DNA from: Nymphaea colorata
Taxonomy: Eukaryota
Assembly: GCF_008831285.2 (NCBI RefSeq)
Contig: NC_045138.2
Span: forward strand, 32,736,001 to 32,800,000
Reading direction: 5' to 3'
DNA: 64,000 nt
A program made the position numbers and the translations under genes. The notes below the pieces were generated by a model. That model had not been told where the DNA came from. It saw only the letters and a program-made list of their open reading frames with translations, and did no database searches. Of this stretch, positions 62,101 through 64,000 are shown in pieces (position 1 is the stretch's first letter; each line of letters starts with the position of its first letter).

Positions 62101-64000
62101 TTTTTTAAAACTTACATATAAAATTTTTTAATTTTTTTTTTGAGGTAGGGGCAAGGCCCTACCTTGGCTCCGTTCTTGTATTCAAAAAATTAATGCTCAA
62201 AGTTGGTTCCATTGAGCTGCTACTGTCTTGACCAAGCACACCTTGCTTGATGCTTCTTCAATATTATCATAACTGAAGTTTAACACCATGGTGTAAATGA
62301 AAGTAATTTATGGATTAGTCATGTTCAAATATTAGGATTGATCCAAAAACCCATCCGTTCATATCTTGTCTTTTTAATTCAAATAAGATCCAAGATTGGT
62401 GATATTGATTCAAAGGTGGGCCAATAACAACTTGTCATGGTTCTGTATAACTATAGACAAACGATATGTAGAAGGATCTACATCATCTAAATATTGAATG
62501 AGAGGAGGCAACGAGGCTGTGTTTCCCTTATTCATTTGTCACGTTCAATCTCATAATAGATTAATATTCCACATTGGATTCTTATTGCATCTAGAAAGGA
62601 GAAGGTCCATGTCAAACATTGTTGGTAGAGAGCAGTAGGAACAATTTGACCTTCATTTTCCACAGGGTTCAATGAGATCTTGACACATTTTCTTTAATAA
62701 TTTTCAGGATACATCTCCATATCAGTGCAAGAAATTGAGTCACCACTAGAAAGTTCATCTAGCATTTTCCTAATGGGCTAATTGGATTTTGGCACAGGAG
62801 ATAATGCTTCCATTTTTCTCATTTAATATGATTTCAAGAAATAAATGCAATAACAGTGGTTCGTGTTCTTCTATAACTGGTAAACAATGATATGATAATT
62901 GAGAACCTGACAAATCATTCTAGAAGCAAATTGATGAAAGCTTCTTGTACATAGAAGCAAATTGATAGAAGATCGTTCAATGGGTGTCGTACGTTTAGTG
63001 ACACAAAATTTTTTCGCGTTACTGAATGGTAAATTTCTTTCTTGAACCTCAATGCCATTGCCTGATGAATATCAGATCTACACAATCACGGATCTTAGAG
63101 ATCCACATAGAAAACACGCAAAAATTAAGCCATCAATTAATAATTTAGATCTCGAATCCAATATTCTGAGTTTTAGTATTTTTTTGAGGTTTGAATTCGG
63201 TTTGGGTCTGATGCCTGATCCAGCCTCTATCAGGTGCTAAATAGTAATTACGCGGAATATATAGAGGTGGTTCTCTGGTTAAGGACGTCAAATTTTCAAT
63301 ATGGCAACTTAATGTCGCGTTAAAAACGATAATTTATCGCTACAAGAACATTAATTTTTCCCGGCGGCTGTAACCGTCGATAAAAGGCATGCCAGAGCCG
63401 TCGGGAAAAGAATTGCCGTGTCACGTCAAAGCTAATAATCAAGACAAATGGTTGGAATTGCTTCTTTTAATTTATTAACTAAAAAGTGTTTGAATCCTTG
63501 AACTACTGTTCCTTTAGAAATAAAGTAAAAGAAAGAATGGGTTAAGGTTTGGATAGCACGCTATTTAACTATTTTGATTACTCCGAACTTTGGTTCTCTT
63601 GCTTTCTATGGTTGCGTATGAGTAACATCTAGGTACACCCTAGGACTCGAATCTATGGACCAAGAACTCCACTGAAAGAAAAAATATATATATCCGGGTC
63701 CACCAGATGGATTATTGAAGCATGGTCCTGGTCCAAGCATATTTAATTGGATCCAGATCCAAATTTCCTTGGTTCAAATCCAATCTCCTGGAACTTGGAA
63801 TCCACTCTGGTTGCTCTCCAACATAGTGCTTGAAGTCTGAATCAAACACAATTGATGTGTGATTGATGGAATAAGCCGTTCAACATAATCATGAAATTAT
63901 GCTGTCTTATGAACCAACTACTGAGTCTTCAAAGCAAATGTCCCCCTCACAGTCCCACTGCTGCTGCATTCTTGTGCATTAATGAATTTATGTCAGCATC

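Noticed and set aside
60270..62175. Several possible MITE or Mutator-like remnants and ORFs at 61739-62011
   Set aside because: Ends are too degenerate to pair, and the ORFs lack recognisable motifs or splice structure.

Overview
Eukaryotic (flowering-plant) nuclear DNA spanning the edge of a large satellite array. Positions 1-~26179 are a tandem satellite with a 287-bp monomer. From 1 to ~12267 it is a nearly invariant 1765-bp higher-order repeat (HOR; 5 full + 2 truncated monomers, ~7 copies). From ~12268 to 26179 it is a more diverged mosaic of the same monomer variants, with traces of an older ~3.35-kb periodicity. The array stops abruptly mid-monomer. It is followed by a 3.2-kb non-autonomous PIF/Harbinger-type element (22-bp perfect TIRs, TAA TSD), a decayed kinesin-7 (KIN7N/CENP-E-like) pseudogene, and an apparently intact 14-exon plastid histidinol dehydrogenase gene (minus strand). 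That gene's introns hold a TRIM with a nested hAT-type element and MITEs, and its probable 5'UTR intron holds a frameshifted PLS-PPR gene. A divergently oriented, apparently intact 11-exon ArfGAP gene (AGD5/NEVERSHED-like) follows. The last ~8 kb is intergenic with degenerate TE remnants. Coordinates were read by eye and may be off by a few bases; protein identities come from recalled family motifs, not database searches. The species cannot be determined from the sequence.
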